Counted from the first letter of the whole stretch, positions 11,835 to 26,199 are shown. The stretch is DNA of 63,616 nucleotides, filler included, from Globobulimina sp. (GCA_003354225.1; 18 parts of 18 records of this genome joined end to end with filler, not necessarily neighbours in it); one strand, 5' to 3'. The notes: generated by a model not told the origin, from the letters alone. Program-made: numbers and translations.

Positions 11835-12878
11835 ATGAGCTTCCATATCCACGAACACGCAGCAGGGTTACGAATTAATTTTAGTTTAAATCCATGCGAT
11901 TGGATTCTTGTGATGGGGATATTCGTATTAATGACATTTCTGATTTGTTTAAATATCTCATTAATAAAACCATTTCAGAAATATATATATAAAATTAAAA
12001 AGTCAAAGTCAAAGACAACATTAATTTGTAGTTTGGCGACAATTTTTACATTTACATTGTCAACAATCTGTATTTTCGTCGGTATTATTCTGTGTATGAT
12101 CTCAAATGATTTCAATCATTATTTTCTTATAAACGACATATTTTCTAAAATTGGGGTTGGCCTTTTTTTATTATCCCAAACATTAATGATATTTCTATGT
12201 ATTAAGCGAATTGACTGTGCATTCAAAAATTCTCACCTTGCATATTCCCAATGTATTATTAATTTGCTGCATGTTTTATTAATTATATTTGTAACGTTTT
12301 ACATTTTTGTTTCAGTATTTTTAATCTTAGAAAGATGGAAAATGTTATTACTTTTAACATTGATTTGGATTATTTTATATTTTATCATTTCTTCAATTTT
12401 ATGTTTTTTATTTATTCGCAAAATGGAACAATTACTGCTGTCTACAAATTGCGTCGATTCCGACTTTCTTAATTTTGTGATAAAACATGCGATTTTAATC
12501 CCAATTGCGATCTGTTCCTCTTTTACATGTTTGATAACAACGGTCTTTGTGTCTATTACGAGTGGAAATTCATTACAAATGGCACCAATTGCAATATTTT
12601 GGATCGTTATGGATTGCGCCATAAGTACATTAAGCATTTATTTGTTATTTAGTTGGAATCAGCTGCATTATAATAAATATTGTTCTTATTTACACAAAAA
12701 ATGTGAAAAAAGGAAAATGTCGCGTTTCGCAGAAAACGAACTAAGTGATTCGACAACGACTAATTCTGTGACTGAAACGAAGGAAGAAAACATTAATTCA
12801 GAAACAACAAACGTCGCTATTGATGTTACGGAAACAAAAAAAAATGATAAAAGTGATGTCGATCCGCATATATTATAA
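11835..12878 (+). CDS. 7TM (GPCR-like) membrane protein
   Basis: About 7 hydrophobic helices followed by a hydrophilic Ser/Thr/Glu-rich tail. Confidence 0.65.
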   Translation: MSFHIHEHAAGLRINFSLNPCDWILVMGIFVLMTFLICLNISLIKPFQKYIYKIKKSKSKTTLICSLATIFTFTLSTICIFVGIILCMISNDFNHYFLINDIFSKIGVGLFLLSQTLMIFLCIKRIDCAFKNSHLAYSQCIINLLHVLLIIFVTFYIFVSVFLILERWKMLLLLTLIWIILYFIISSILCFLFIRKMEQLLLSTNCVDSDFLNFVIKHAILIPIAICSSFTCLITTVFVSITSGNSLQMAPIAIFWIVMDCAISTLSIYLLFSWNQLHYNKYCSYLHKKCEKRKMSRFAENELSDSTTTNSVTETKEENINSETTNVAIDVTETKKNDKSDVDPHIL

Positions 12879-13166
12879 TATTGGCTGTGATTTCCGTCTT
12901 TGTAAGTATTTTACTGCGAGTTGAGGGAAATTGTGTGTGGTCTGTCTTCGTTTGGGGAATTCCAATTAATTTCAATAAATTTTTTGCATTGTACTATTGC
13001 ATATATTGTATTGTTACCTGTATTTTTATCAAAATTCGACAACTGCTATCGTCCGAACTCAGAATAAATTAAAACACCCTGTGAGAAAAATAAATCTTGA
13101 AAGTTTTCTTCACTAAAAAAAAACAATTAACACTTTCTCATTTTTAACTCGATCACTTTCATCTAA

Positions 13167-13760
<594 letters not shown>

Positions 13761-14167
13761 TAATTATATTTTGCAACAACACATATTGTTATTAATTTTT
13801 TTTTGATTGTGAGTTCATCGGACTTCAACCTAAATTATGTCTGATTTTTTTTCAGAATTAAAGCACAGTTCGTCAGTGCAATTCGAGCTTGTTTAACGAG
13901 CATAATTACAATCGGATGTTTCTAGTAAATCTGTGTTTGTGGCAAAAACGCCAATATCCGTTTTGTTAATCACTGCAACAACATCACTATCACCTTGATT
14001 CTGTATGGTGTCAATATCAATTTTATCCACAACATTAATATTGGAATTCATATCCACAGTGTCTACANNNNNNNNNNNNNNNNNNNNNNNNNNNNNNNNN
14101 NNNNNNNNNNNTTAATTAATTAANNNNNNNNNNNNNNNNNNNNNNNNNNNNNNNNNNNNNNNNNNNN

Positions 14168-15348
14168 GGAAGAATGTAAAACATTCGGTTCAAATTAATA
14201 ATTATATTATAAATGAAAATATTCCACAAGGCTTGGAAACTGCTGTTCCGCTTCAAACAGCTCAACCATACGAAGAAAGTGTGCATTTATTTAATAAAAG
14301 AACAAACTTTATTGCTGTGCGCAGAGTCACTACTCCAATGCCGCCGGAATCGGATGAGGAAGATGCTGACGTAGAGGATGATATTATTTCTGTGAGCAGA
14401 CCTGAACATTCTTTATCTTTCCCGAGAAACAAATATTTATATCATAGTTATGCGGATAATGACAAGACACCGAAACTTCCAAAAAGAAAACTTTCAACCA
14501 AACTGATCAAATACCACTTGCGTTCCAACAGTGCAGTGAGAGATTCTGTGATTGTGGCACATGCGGCAAAACATAACAGAAAGTCGCATGTTTACCATTA
14601 TAATGCTTCAAGTTAACAAATAATATGCATTGGCCATTAACATTAATTGTGAGAATTTTTTGTTTTCTGTTCTATAGAATCTGAACCTGAACTAAAGTTT
14701 GTGTCAGATATCGACATAAAATCAGCTGAAATGACGACATTGCACTTAAAGAGTAACGAGGCATTTCCAATGGAACAGTGCTCGAGTTCCATTGATTCGG
14801 AATGTAGTTTTTCATCATCTTCTACACAATCGAGTTGCGATGGGAATGATAACTTGTACACAAAAACTGGATCAAAGAGACACACAAAGTTTAAAAAAAC
14901 AACTAAGAAAAAAAGGAAAGTTGGCATTGGCCCTGGTTCATTTAGGAAAGTTGCAGGAGCTGTCAATAGAAATGAACGAATGTATGAGCAAAAACATAGT
15001 AAAGGGAAAGTTAATGAGGAGGAGTGGTCCATTGATGAATCAGTATTATTGGATGCATTGCAAAGCAAAAATAATAATGAGAGAGAGAAAAAATGTACAC
15101 CGCAAAAAGTTGACGCAAATATTGAACATAAAGTGGATGATGCAAAATATGTGTCAGGTAATAAAAGTACCAATGGTGGAGCTATACGTTTGTTTATGCC
15201 AACGATTCAAAGTGAACAAGAATTGTATACAAATGTTGAAGTTGAACATGAAGCGACAATTATGGAAGAAAATGAAAGTGAGGCTGGATTTAATGTGTTT
15301 GGTGATGATGAAACGGAAGCAATTTCTCAAAAAATGAATACTAAATAA
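14168..15348 (+). CDS. Hypothetical low-complexity protein, probably 5'-partial; predicted intron 14612-14677
   Basis: ORFs 14233-14616 and 14701-15348 join in frame through GTTAAC..TAG; no recognisable domain. Confidence 0.5.
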
Positions 15349-15458
15349 GCATGCAAAGAGATGAAATAATTGGGGGAAATAATAACAAATTTTTGAATTT
15401 TTTGAATTGTTGTCCAACTCGTTTAGATCGAGTCATGTACTTGAAATCCATAAATCAC

Positions 15459-17057
15459 TTAGACCGCAATTTCAAAACACTTACCATTTGGATAACCATC
15501 ATAATCTAAGATAATCCTCACAATGTCCACGATGCCAAGTGTTTTTGTAGCAATTTGTTGAATATAATCATATCTTTGTTTTCTGCCAATAGAATGCGCA
15601 TAATATAAATCATCATTATTAAATGAAGCAAATACTTGATTAGAAAGCAAACTCGGTCCAATTATGCTTGAAATCCATGTTACAAATTGCATGTCATCAT
15701 TATAATTATTAGGATTTCCTTTCGGCGTTGAACTTGCAGCAAAAATATTCCTTGTAGCATTTCTGTTAATTTTAAATTTTGTATAATATAATTGTTTTAA
15801 TAATATTTTTATATAGCTTTGAAATATACCACTTTCTTCTAACGATTCACAAACAAATGACAACCAGATAAATAAAATATATTTTATACATTTTCGACTT
15901 TGATATTTTAATGCTTTACTAAAATAATAACACAAACAATTTATAGTTCGTGATCTATTGATTGCATTGGATTCATTATTTTGTAATTCTTTAATAACAT
16001 TTGCCGCTTTAAATATAGCATTTAAACATAGATTTTTATCAAATTGTACTGCATTTTCAATACTTTGTATAATATATCCAACTATGTGTTTACTATAATG
16101 ATTAGACGGAGTGCCGAGGTATCCCACTGTTTCTGCAACCTGTTGGTATGTCCAAAATGGTATTTTGAGTGTTTTTATAATTGACGTAATTTGTCGAATA
16201 TCTTCGCATTTTATCGCCATTTCTAAATTTGTTTTCCATTGATTTCGTGCAAAATGTATTTCTAATGAATATTCATTCTGCAACTGATTCTTTTGTCTAT
16301 CAACAGACAAATATGATCCTAATGTTGTATTAAGTTGTGATGACAAAATGCAATGCATATTTGATATGCCACGCGTTGTTGGACCACTACAATTTGAATT
16401 TGTGTCAAAATCAAAGTGTAGCAAGGAACAATTTGTTGTTTTTGAAGAAGTATCTTTAGTATGCGGGTTTATTACAGCTGGTTTGGCATAAATCCAACAT
16501 TCGCAGTCGTGTACAATATGAATGCCTCTATGACTTAAAATATTTATGATATCTTTAATTGTGTTTAATTCCGACATTATAAATGTTAATAATGTATTTG
16601 ACGAGAAATCAGTTGGACCCATAGTTGTACGCATTTTTTTACAATCGTGTATTGATGAATTGTCACGAGACAATATCGATGTTGCTGGTGTCGGCAACCC
16701 AGACAAATAAGTATTGACAGGTTGCAGTCGTAAAGGTGATATCGATGGTATTGATGATAAAGCACCACTTGAATGAATAGGTGATGTATATAAAACTGAT
16801 TTGGGTGATTGTGATTGTGACTGTGCAGATGTTAAAAAGCTGAGTTTGGGTGAAATAGGCAATGATTGTGATTGGTTCACATTAACGTTATTCGGTGTTG
16901 TTGTACACGTAGTTGCGTGAATCAGTGTTGTTGCAGTATATTGCTTTTGAGGTTGTGATGCTAAAGAAACATCGATACGGATAAGGCATGGTCCATCCAC
17001 GTGCATATGTTTCGGTACAATGTAGTTAGGTCTGTATGGATGAATATAGTATGACAT
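15459..17057 (-). CDS. Hypothetical protein (Ser/Pro-rich N-terminus, helical C-terminus)
   Basis: Uninterrupted 532-aa ORF in AT-rich DNA; no family recognised. Confidence 0.6.
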   Translation of the reverse strand: MSYYIHPYRPNYIVPKHMHVDGPCLIRIDVSLASQPQKQYTATTLIHATTCTTTPNNVNVNQSQSLPISPKLSFLTSAQSQSQSPKSVLYTSPIHSSGALSSIPSISPLRLQPVNTYLSGLPTPATSILSRDNSSIHDCKKMRTTMGPTDFSSNTLLTFIMSELNTIKDIINILSHRGIHIVHDCECWIYAKPAVINPHTKDTSSKTTNCSLLHFDFDTNSNCSGPTTRGISNMHCILSSQLNTTLGSYLSVDRQKNQLQNEYSLEIHFARNQWKTNLEMAIKCEDIRQITSIIKTLKIPFWTYQQVAETVGYLGTPSNHYSKHIVGYIIQSIENAVQFDKNLCLNAIFKAANVIKELQNNESNAINRSRTINCLCYYFSKALKYQSRKCIKYILFIWLSFVCESLEESGIFQSYIKILLKQLYYTKFKINRNATRNIFAASSTPKGNPNNYNDDMQFVTWISSIIGPSLLSNQVFASFNNDDLYYAHSIGRKQRYDYIQQIATKTLGIVDIVRIILDYDGYPNGKCFEIAV

Positions 17058-17273
17058 AGTGCTGTTTTAGTTGATGTATAATACACTCATAAATTGCAAT
17101 TATTAATCTAAAATGTTATCAACAAATTATGATATATGTACGAGATTTGGCATCGCAAATTGGTTTGGTGCATCATTGCGAATTTTTGCGCTGATTCTTT
17201 GTTGGGTCGAAGTGTCTGTGTTTGTTTTTGTCAATGGCGGAAGAACTCCAGTTTTCCATTTGCATTTTTAAGC

Positions 17274-17608
17274 ATGCCGTTGTATGCAGGTCGGATTTTA
17301 GGCGGTAGTGATGGTTCAAATATTATTCTGGGTGCTAACACAATAAAAAAGATGCCTCAAAATACCCAAATTGCAGGCAATTGGAGGATATATGAATCGC
17401 AAGCTACACCATTGTATAACACGCCAAAATATGTATTACTATCATTATATTTATTGGATGGATACGGTGAGCCAGAGGAAAATGGTGATTTTAATAAAAA
17501 AAAATTATTACAAGCAAGAATATGGTCACATCCAAAATCCGAAAAAATTCCGCAAAAAGATGACGTTTTGGTTGTTGAAGATAGGAAAGCAATTATTAAA
17601 AATTTCAA
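17274..17608 (+). CDS. Hypothetical protein, 3'-partial (start uncertain)
   Basis: Open frame running to the contig end, divergent from the 17057 gene. Confidence 0.35.
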
Positions 17609-17708
17609 NNNNNNNNNNNNNNNNNNNNNNNNNNNNNNNNNNNNNNNNNNNNTTAATTAATTAANNNNNNNNNNNNNNNNNNNNNNNNNNNNNNNNNNNN
17701 NNNNNNNN

Positions 17709-17850
17709 TTTCTACACCAAATCCAATGTTTGGGATGGTTTGTATATTTGCACCACGGCCAAGTTTTAGTCGGTAGAGTATCGTGGTTTTGCCTGCAAAA
17801 TTCAATCCAACCATAAGAACCCTTCTTTCTTTGGTGAATGATGAACCCAT
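17709..17850 (-). CDS. ARF/ARL small GTPase, N-terminal fragment (3'-partial)
   Basis: MGSSF myristoylation-type start, [23 protein letters not shown]-loop, [10 protein letters not shown]. Confidence 0.85.
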
Positions 17851-18977
17851 TATTCAGTTAGTAGTTAGTAGCTGACTGCTGACTAAAACTCAAGAAAATC
17901 TTTTAGATTTTTTCTTCTTGCACCATCCTTCCGTTGCTGTTGGAATTTTATTTCAAAAACATGAATGAACAGACACCCAATGAGAATTCACAGGTTTGTA
18001 AAAAAACAAAATAAATTTAAATACATTTCCAAATCACATCGCAAACCAAATTGATTATTATTTCAAAATGAGATCTGTTCCAATTGTAATTAAGCATTAA
18101 ATGGATTTGTTATTCAACAACAACTCTGATTTAAAGTGCAAGGATTAAAATAAAAAATGAATAAAATTCATCATCCAATCCAGTGATACAATGAAACAAC
18201 ACACAAAATTAAAAGACAACAATTCAAAATCAAATCAAATCAAATCAAAAAATGACAGATTTGTGTATTTTGATGTTACAATTTGTAAAATTTGTGAATA
18301 TTTATCAGTTTATTATCTTATTTACATGATTGCAATATTTCTTATCTGATGAAGGGATGAACCACAACAAAGTGGAAAAAACAAAACTAAATCAAATGAT
18401 GCATGAAATTATGAAATTAGGAATTATGAATTATTGGAGGTTTTTTGTCAGTTTTTAAATGTTTTTGTAGTTTGTGGACAAAAACATGTCAACTGTCAAC
18501 ATGACACGTCGAGTCTTGTAGTCACTCATCGTAAACACCTCTCGATAGCACACAGACACTGACAGTCATATTCTATTTCTATTCTAATCATAAAAGCAAT
18601 CTGCTATCAATGGCCGGACCGGACCGCATAATGGATATTAAAGACAATAAAATTTATTTGATAATACAATTTATGGAATTAATTTTTTATTAAAAATTAA
18701 ATATTTAATCCATTCAATCAAACAAAAATAAAATAATAAGCTAGACTTTTGTTAATTATTTTTTTTTTGATTGAAGCTTAAGAGATTGAATCGGAACAGT
18801 TGTCATATGAAATATTAATATTTTGAATTTATTTTATTTTAATGTTTCTTATAAAACTATGACAATTTTTGTATATGATATCATACACAGACAAAATCCA
18901 ACGATGATAAGCTAGAGAATGATATTGAGATTCATGATAATACCAATAATTCAAATAAAGTACAACCAAAATCAACA

Positions 18978-21149
18978 ATGGATATCGATATTGATTCAAA
19001 TCAACAAACAAATGAAGAAAATGATAACGATAATGCGAATAAAATGGATATTGATGTTGATAATGACAATATAAACACTAACCAAAATACGCGCAAACTT
19101 CGGCATCATAAAAAGAGAGAAAAAGACCAATCACAAAGTCCAGACGAAGAGGAAGAGGGAAAGGAAAAGGAAAAGAAAGATGCAACCAACAAAACGCCGA
19201 CATTCCCCGTTGCTAAAGAGCTTAAATTAAATGCATTAAAACGTGTATTCAATGGAACTAATAAGAAATTTGTAGAAAACACTAACAACACCGACATAAA
19301 TCAACGTTGTACAGAGCCTAAGGAGCCGTCAGAACCATTGTATTGTGTTTGCCGTGGTGCGTATCGCGAGGACGATTTTATGATAATGTGCGATTTGTGC
19401 GAGGAATGGTACCATGGCTTTTGCATTGATATACAAGAAGACGACGCGGAGGACATCGAAGAATATGATTGTTTCTTATGCTGTGGACATAGAATACCGT
19501 CCAAAGGCCTATCATATCACAAATCCGATCCCAGAACACCCATAAATGACAGGTTCAAATTAGCGAGAAAAAATCGAGAAACTCTTTCTCGGCAAATTCA
19601 AATCGAAACTCCGACTCCAACCAATCCGACACCGTCACCGATAACTCAGAGTCGCACAAAACAACCTCAAACCAAACATAATCCCAAACGCAAACCTATG
19701 GCAAAACCCGCCCCTTTACAGTTACAGATCGAACCTGAGCCTGAACCTGAAACTGCAAAAAGTGCCATAATAATCCCCAAAAAAACCATAAAAGCGCCGT
19801 TATCCTCCAATGTTAACCCAAACAGTACGCGAAGAGCGGTCCGCAGACCCAAGGGATTGCCACAGAAACGCAGCCGCGACAAATTGGAGAACACCGATCG
19901 CGACACACATTGCAGCAGTAAGCCAGCACGCAAAAAACAAAAATTACAGCCACGCAAAACGTTACGTGGTCCACCGCCGCCATTGCAACCCGTGCCGCCC
20001 TTAGAAATGCCCAATTTAAATAGCAGTGCGCAGGCCGTTGCCATTGTCATTGCGCATGCACCGGCACCGCGGCCCTCTGTGGCGGTGACACCCACCAAAC
20101 GACCTCACGAAAATTATGTGCCACCGCATATGCGAGGAAGGTATAAATATGGCTCAGATTCGCCATACAATGGAGCGCCGTCGACTGGCCATGCCCCGCC
20201 GCCATTGCCCAATAAAAAAAGTGGCCAGAACCACCACTCGCAGTCGCCTCGGAGTCGGGACATGTTTCGCAGGGAAAGAGAGCGGAAACGAGCCAAAAAG
20301 AAGGTTGTTGGCAGACAGCTGAGTCCGACTGAATGGAGAAGCAAAATACGCGACAAAGTGGCGTTGACTTTTAAGGCGAAAATGGGTGTGATTAAAGGCA
20401 AAGAATTGGAGAGTTATTTGTTTAGTACGTACGGCGGAGGCAGTAAGGTGTGGACCGGCGGGGTGTTGCAGGATATCGCACATTTTCGAGCCATGCCCAG
20501 TAACAAAAGGAAGCAAAGCGCACATTTTGATGGCAATATGTATGTGAATAAAATGTATGACTTTTTGGATAAAATCGAAGAGTATTATGAGATTTTGCGG
20601 ATTATCAAAATTGGGGGCATTCAGGCCAAGGATATTTTGTACATCGGGGACAACAAAATCCGAGAAGCGATCCGGAAATCCGACCCAAATTATAAAATGT
20701 TGGCGAAATTACGCGATTTGTTGAGGAAAAAAACAAAATCAAAGAAGGAGACTGCTGGCAATGATGAGTGCGATATGAAATTAGCGGAGAGTATCATAGC
20801 TGCGGCGAAAAAATGGAGCCGTAATGACAAGAAACAATATGTGAATAAGATGCGGGATTTGATGTATAATTTGAAGAAAAACGACAAGTTATTGGGCAAT
20901 GTGGTGAGTGGCGACTTATCGCCAAAGAAGTTGGTGAATGCGACCAGCGATCAATTGGCAAACGATGAGATCTTAAATAAACGGAAAGAAATTCAGGAAA
21001 ATACATTAAAATATCGCGTCTTAACCGAGAATTTAGATAAATTGAAACGGGATTCGTATCACATCGAAAAGAGTAAAATATTGAATTGTGAAGTTAAAAA
21101 AAGCAATAATTTCGAGACGGATTATGATATCACAACCGATGTTGTCTTA
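18978..21149 (+). CDS. PHD finger + TFIIS central-domain protein (Bye1/DIDO1/PHF3-like), 3'-partial
   Basis: LYCVCRGAY..FMIMCDLCEEWYHGFCI..YDCFLC; YVNKMRDLMYNLKKNDKLLGNVVSGDLSPKKLVNATSDQLA. Confidence 0.82.
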
Positions 21150-21546
21150 NNNNNNNNNNNNNNNNNNNNNNNNNNNNNNNNNNNNNNNNNNNNTTAATTA
21201 ATTAANNNNNNNNNNNNNNNNNNNNNNNNNNNNNNNNNNNNNNNNNNNNATTCCCATTTAAATTTTATTTGGTGTGTACACATTTAATTGTACGATTAGG
21301 TGCATGCGTTTATTTTTGTACATTGCCAACTCGCTCAGGTTTAAATTCAATCATTTTATCTTCACTTATTTTATCGTAGCCTTTCTTTTCTCTTTTTGCT
21401 GTGTTGGGTGACGGAAAATCGCAATTGCAAATTAAATTCATTTCGTTTTTATGTTATGTTAGGTTTGGGGCAAACAAACGATCAACAAACTGTTTCTTTG
21501 ATGTTTTTTTGCAAAAAACATACTCTCATTTTTTTACTAAAGTATC

Positions 21547-24251
21547 ATGGCACAGAGGAAAGCCAGAAGTGCCTCTTTACAAAAACTCTCACATGATATC
21601 GATGTGAGACACTTACAAATTGACAATCACGATTCTGCCTTACACGAATGTTAACCAATAACGTACACAGATATTAAACATCAATCTAAATATATATTTA
21701 CACAGTCACCGCCAATCCACAATCAAATGTCTCCAAATCAGCCGACTTTGTCGATATATTAAAGCAATGGACGCGTATCAATGGCAAAAATTTTGATTTC
21801 GAGCAAATGAGAGCCGAATCAGAGATCAACAGCAACTGCAAAGGATTTCGCACTTGCAACTGCATCAAAAGATTGATATTCATCATGCACTTTTATGACG
21901 AGTGGTGCCGCAAAAATGAGAAAAAAAAAGTCTGCAAAGGCTTATCCATCAACGACATCATCGAAGGTTTACCCCATTTTAATATCATTCAGCTGTGGAA
22001 TGATTTCATCCACGCCAAAAAATGCCATTTTATACAAACGCAAAACAACCAAAACATTCTTGAGACCATTCAAGTTTGGGAGTATATTGAGTCCAAATTA
22101 GGCGTGCGAGATCTCGACAAATGTGCCAAATTTGCACGTAATAATCGCAACCGTACGCTCTCCGGCACTGCGCCCCAACGCCAAGCCTTATATTTCGGCT
22201 TTACGCAGTCCGAAGAAATCATCACCATCCAATTCTGTGATATCATCTGGGAATTTTTTTTTCATTCTAAAATCTTGTTCAAAAACGAATTTGCAAATAA
22301 AATCTTGTATAACCCGCTCAATATCGAACAGAAAATCTCGCCCCCTCAACATAATGAACCTGCCACAGTTCCCCCGCAACGTAAGTCAAGTCGCGCTCAA
22401 AAACGGCAAAACTCCATAACTGGCACCATTGGCAAGCGCATTATGCAACGCCTTGAGAAGCAACGCTCGAAAGAGTCGCAAGTCCGCACAAAACCGTCCG
22501 TGTCCGATGAGACTGCGTTTGTGTACAACGAGGATGATAAGAAACAATTTGAGCAATATATTACAGTCAAAAACAACATTTTAAACTCTATTCACAGTCA
22601 AAGCGATATCGCGGATGGATTTATAAAATCTAAATTCGTGACCAATGTGTATGAGCATAATAATACCAACAATAGAAAATCCACACTGTGCTTTGGTGTC
22701 TCTTTCGTATATTGGGAGGGTTACAATTCATGGCATACATATATTAAATCGGCGACTTTTGCCAATTTGAAAGAGGAAATGTTGAAGAATCCGTATGCTA
22801 AAATCACTTTGTTCCAATGGACAGATACATTGATCAAAGCCATCAAATTGAATGCGAGCAACATTGGCTGTGCGTGGAAGGCGAAAAACGCCGGCATTTT
22901 GAACAAACGCTATTGTATTCGCGCCGGTTTACCGATCAGTATCGCTCATATTATGACGATTTTGTTTTATATCAATTTCAAGCATTTGCAATATGCGTTT
23001 AAGACGAATGGATGCAGGAAGTCGCAGCACGGCGAGAGTACGAATAGCGTTAAAAAACGGAACCAAAACATCGGACATTGGTATAAATTGTTCACGGAAT
23101 GTATCACTTTGTACGGACAGATCACTTGTAAGGATATGATCTTTTACCATGGCTTGAATCGGCAGATAGAATTCGATGCATTTAAGCCGGATTTTAATTG
23201 TATGATATCGACCACGAGCTCGCTATCCGTGGCACAGAGCATTATCTCAAACAATGCGGGGATTATTATAAAGTTGCAACAGAAACGTTCGTTGCCGTAC
23301 GGTTTTTTGGACGTGCATTGGCTCACTGACTTTCAGAACGAGTCTGAGAAAATATTTTCATTTTCGAAGCTGGACATTGTGGATATTTATCAGAATCAAC
23401 CTACGTTTGAATCGAACACTGTTTATGTAAAATGTATGTTGTTTTTTGTTTTGATATTCGCTGTTTTTTTTGATATGGTGTACATATAATAAATAGCTTT
23501 GATATTATTTCAATCGATTATGAAAGGACATTATTTCCAACATACATTGCATTCGGATTTGAGATATCAGAAAGTGATCATTTGTATGATTGAGAATTGG
23601 ATGGAATTGCATGAGAATGATGGGATGGATGGGAATGAGGAGAAAAATGAACGAGATATTGAGATACCGGCATATATGCAATCGCTTTTCAATGCATTTG
23701 TTAATAAAAAGCAGCAATTATTTATCATACGGTCGCAATATAATCATTTGTATGATGGCTTGAGGCGATATTTAATAGATTTTGACCAAGACAATAATTA
23801 TGAATTTGGCGTGTTTTTGTCTGCCATAAAAAATAGGAATAATAACCGATTGAAATTGTTATTAATGAATGAATTTAGATGGGAGATATCTGGGGATACA
23901 ATGGAGAAATTCCGGAGTTTGGCAATTAATTCGACGATAAAAGGTAAATATTTCCATGCTGGGAATGGTGTGGTTTTATATCCGCGATTGAGACGAAGTG
24001 ATCGTGATTTCCCGCAGCAATCAATGATGTTTTGTTATGTGGAAGATATGCCATCGGATTATCATCGTATTTCGCTTCAATGGGAACTATTTTGTAAACA
24101 AACAAAGTATCATTCATCGATTCAGACGCGATTCCTTAAAAAAAATGAGTTTGCTGGATATACAGTTTCAGACACAAAAGATTTATGTGAATTGGATTCG
24201 TTTACATTTCAAATTGCTGTGCAAATACTTGATATTGATAAAAAAGATTAA
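21547..24251 (+). CDS. Large protein with ADP-ribosyltransferase-like segment and C-terminal MATH-like beta domain; predicted introns 21650-21705 and 23434-23496
   Basis: FYHGL..ISTTSSLSVAQ..GIIIKL..DVHWLTDFQNESEKIF (ART-like H-STT-ExE); EFRWEISG...FTFQIAVQIL; both introns keep the frame. Confidence 0.55.
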
Positions 24252-25051
24252 TTACTAAAATTTAAAACACATTTATGCAGAATTCAAATTCATTTCATTT
24301 GAACTGTTGCATTTAATTTCCATTTTTGCACTTTTTATGTTTAAATGAATTGTATAGTTTTTTATCTAATTTTTTTTTTGTACATTTTTTGCTTGTTTTG
24401 TTTGGTCTTTTTTTTTATATTTTGATGAAAAAAACTTAGTTTAAGCATTTATATTTTGATGAAAAAAAGAACAATTAATTTTCAGGCAAAAAGATATTGA
24501 AATTAAGCTGTATCCACAGTGACAAAGGTGGTGTTACTATCATAATACACAGTATTACGGATTGAGTTGATATTATATTAAATATGTATATACACTCATG
24601 AAAATATTTCAGAAAATTCAAAACATTATTTTCCAACCATTATTGTTTAAAATATTTGATGAGTCGTATTCTTCCAACAGTTTATCATTGNNNNNNNNNN
24701 NNNNNNNNNNNNNNNNNNNNNNNNNNNNNNNNNNTTAATTAATTAANNNNNNNNNNNNNNNNNNNNNNNNNNNNNNNNNNNNNNNNNNNNAAATCATCAC
24801 AAATATATGGTTTATTAGAATTAATCATATTATGTATAAATTAAATTAAAATAAAAAACACGGTTGATACAAATAAACAGACATTTAAGCAAGAACTAAA
24901 TCCATTCATTCAATGGATTACAAGCGAGAAAGACACAATACATTAGAAATAAAACAACAATCAATCCACATCAACACATTTCCGTTTCTGACCCGTCAGA
25001 TTGCGTTTTTATATATTACATGAACAAACTAGTTCGCTTCAAATATCTGAC

Positions 25052-26164
25052 TCATTCACCTTCCACAATGCCCTTTGCTTCTATCATCACAGCATTTGTC
25101 CTATTCGGTGTTCTGTTGACATTGTCATACATTTCTTCATTGCTGTCATACAGACTGTCGCTGCTATCTTCCACCACAACATTCACATTCACCTCATCAT
25201 TCACCTCATTTATTGCAGAAATATCAGTCGGTATTTGTCTATGATTATGAACAACATTAATATTATATTGCTGCGAAGGGACCCGCGACAATATAGGATT
25301 TTCAACTGGTTGCCATTCATGAATCACATACTGCTTTTTCAAAATGCAAAAACATGCGCAAATACCTATGCTAATACATAATAAAGCCGTTGACAATGAA
25401 CCTATAATTATGTACAACATCCAATTCCTGTTTCCCGTTTTGTAAACAACCAATACTGGATCTGACGTTGGAGAGTCCTCAGTGGTCTCCGTAGTAAAAA
25501 TGGATGATGCTGTGCTCCTATTTGGTGCTGTAGTACTTGTAACTGATTTGATTGGTGTTTGTGTGGGGTGGTTAGTTGGGTATTTTGTAGGTTGTATAGT
25601 TGGGTTTTGAGTGGGTTCAGTTGTTGGTTCTAGTGTTGGTTGAGTTGTTGGTGATGATTTATCACATCCGTATTGACAAATAAATCCACGGATATTTGAG
25701 GATGAATCGCATTGTCTATCAAACCAAGTGTCTGTCCAGTCGGTGACCACTGCGCAATCTTCCTGTTCCTCAGTATTTGAGCTGTTACGTTCTGTCCCTT
25801 GCCACCAATTTGTGTAATCTGTCACTGAATTATCGCTCCATACATATGCGTCTTCTTCGACATGGTCAGTAAGTCCTATCCAACAGCAACAGTTGCTTCC
25901 AGTATCTGGATTGTTGTCTATGCCGTGTGTATCACATAATGTGTGTGCCAGCAGCGCTTCTGTGTGGTTATGGATGCTCATTAAATGTCCATTTTGTGTG
26001 GGATATAGTGATCTGCAGTAAAGTTCCGCTTCCCACCAATTCAATACTGCAGTTATTAAGTTATATTCACAGTTTCCTATGGTGGAATTAATTGTGGTCG
26101 ACCCGCTCATCGATATGAGTGTCTGTATGAGTATGACCAGTGTTGACATGCTTAGAGTTGACAT
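25052..26164 (-). CDS. Type I membrane C-type lectin-domain protein with PT-rich stalk
   Basis: Signal peptide; LNWWEAELYC, GHLMSIH, CWIGLTD, YVWSD, YTNW, EDCAVV, WFDRQC, FIC; TxxP repeats; TM segment WMLYIIIG..CACFCIL. Confidence 0.88.
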   Translation of the reverse strand: MSTLSMSTLVILIQTLISMSGSTTINSTIGNCEYNLITAVLNWWEAELYCRSLYPTQNGHLMSIHNHTEALLAHTLCDTHGIDNNPDTGSNCCCWIGLTDHVEEDAYVWSDNSVTDYTNWWQGTERNSSNTEEQEDCAVVTDWTDTWFDRQCDSSSNIRGFICQYGCDKSSPTTQPTLEPTTEPTQNPTIQPTKYPTNHPTQTPIKSVTSTTAPNRSTASSIFTTETTEDSPTSDPVLVVYKTGNRNWMLYIIIGSLSTALLCISIGICACFCILKKQYVIHEWQPVENPILSRVPSQQYNINVVHNHRQIPTDISAINEVNDEVNVNVVVEDSSDSLYDSNEEMYDNVNRTPNRTNAVMIEAKGIVEGE

Positions 26165-26199
26165 TAGAACCAGCTTTGATGATAACTTAAGTACATTGC

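Noticed and set aside
17233-17275. Possible +1 frameshift joining MAEELQF to PFAFLSMPLY
   Set aside because: No recognisable homologue to anchor the frame; a downstream ATG or a homopolymer error explains it equally well.
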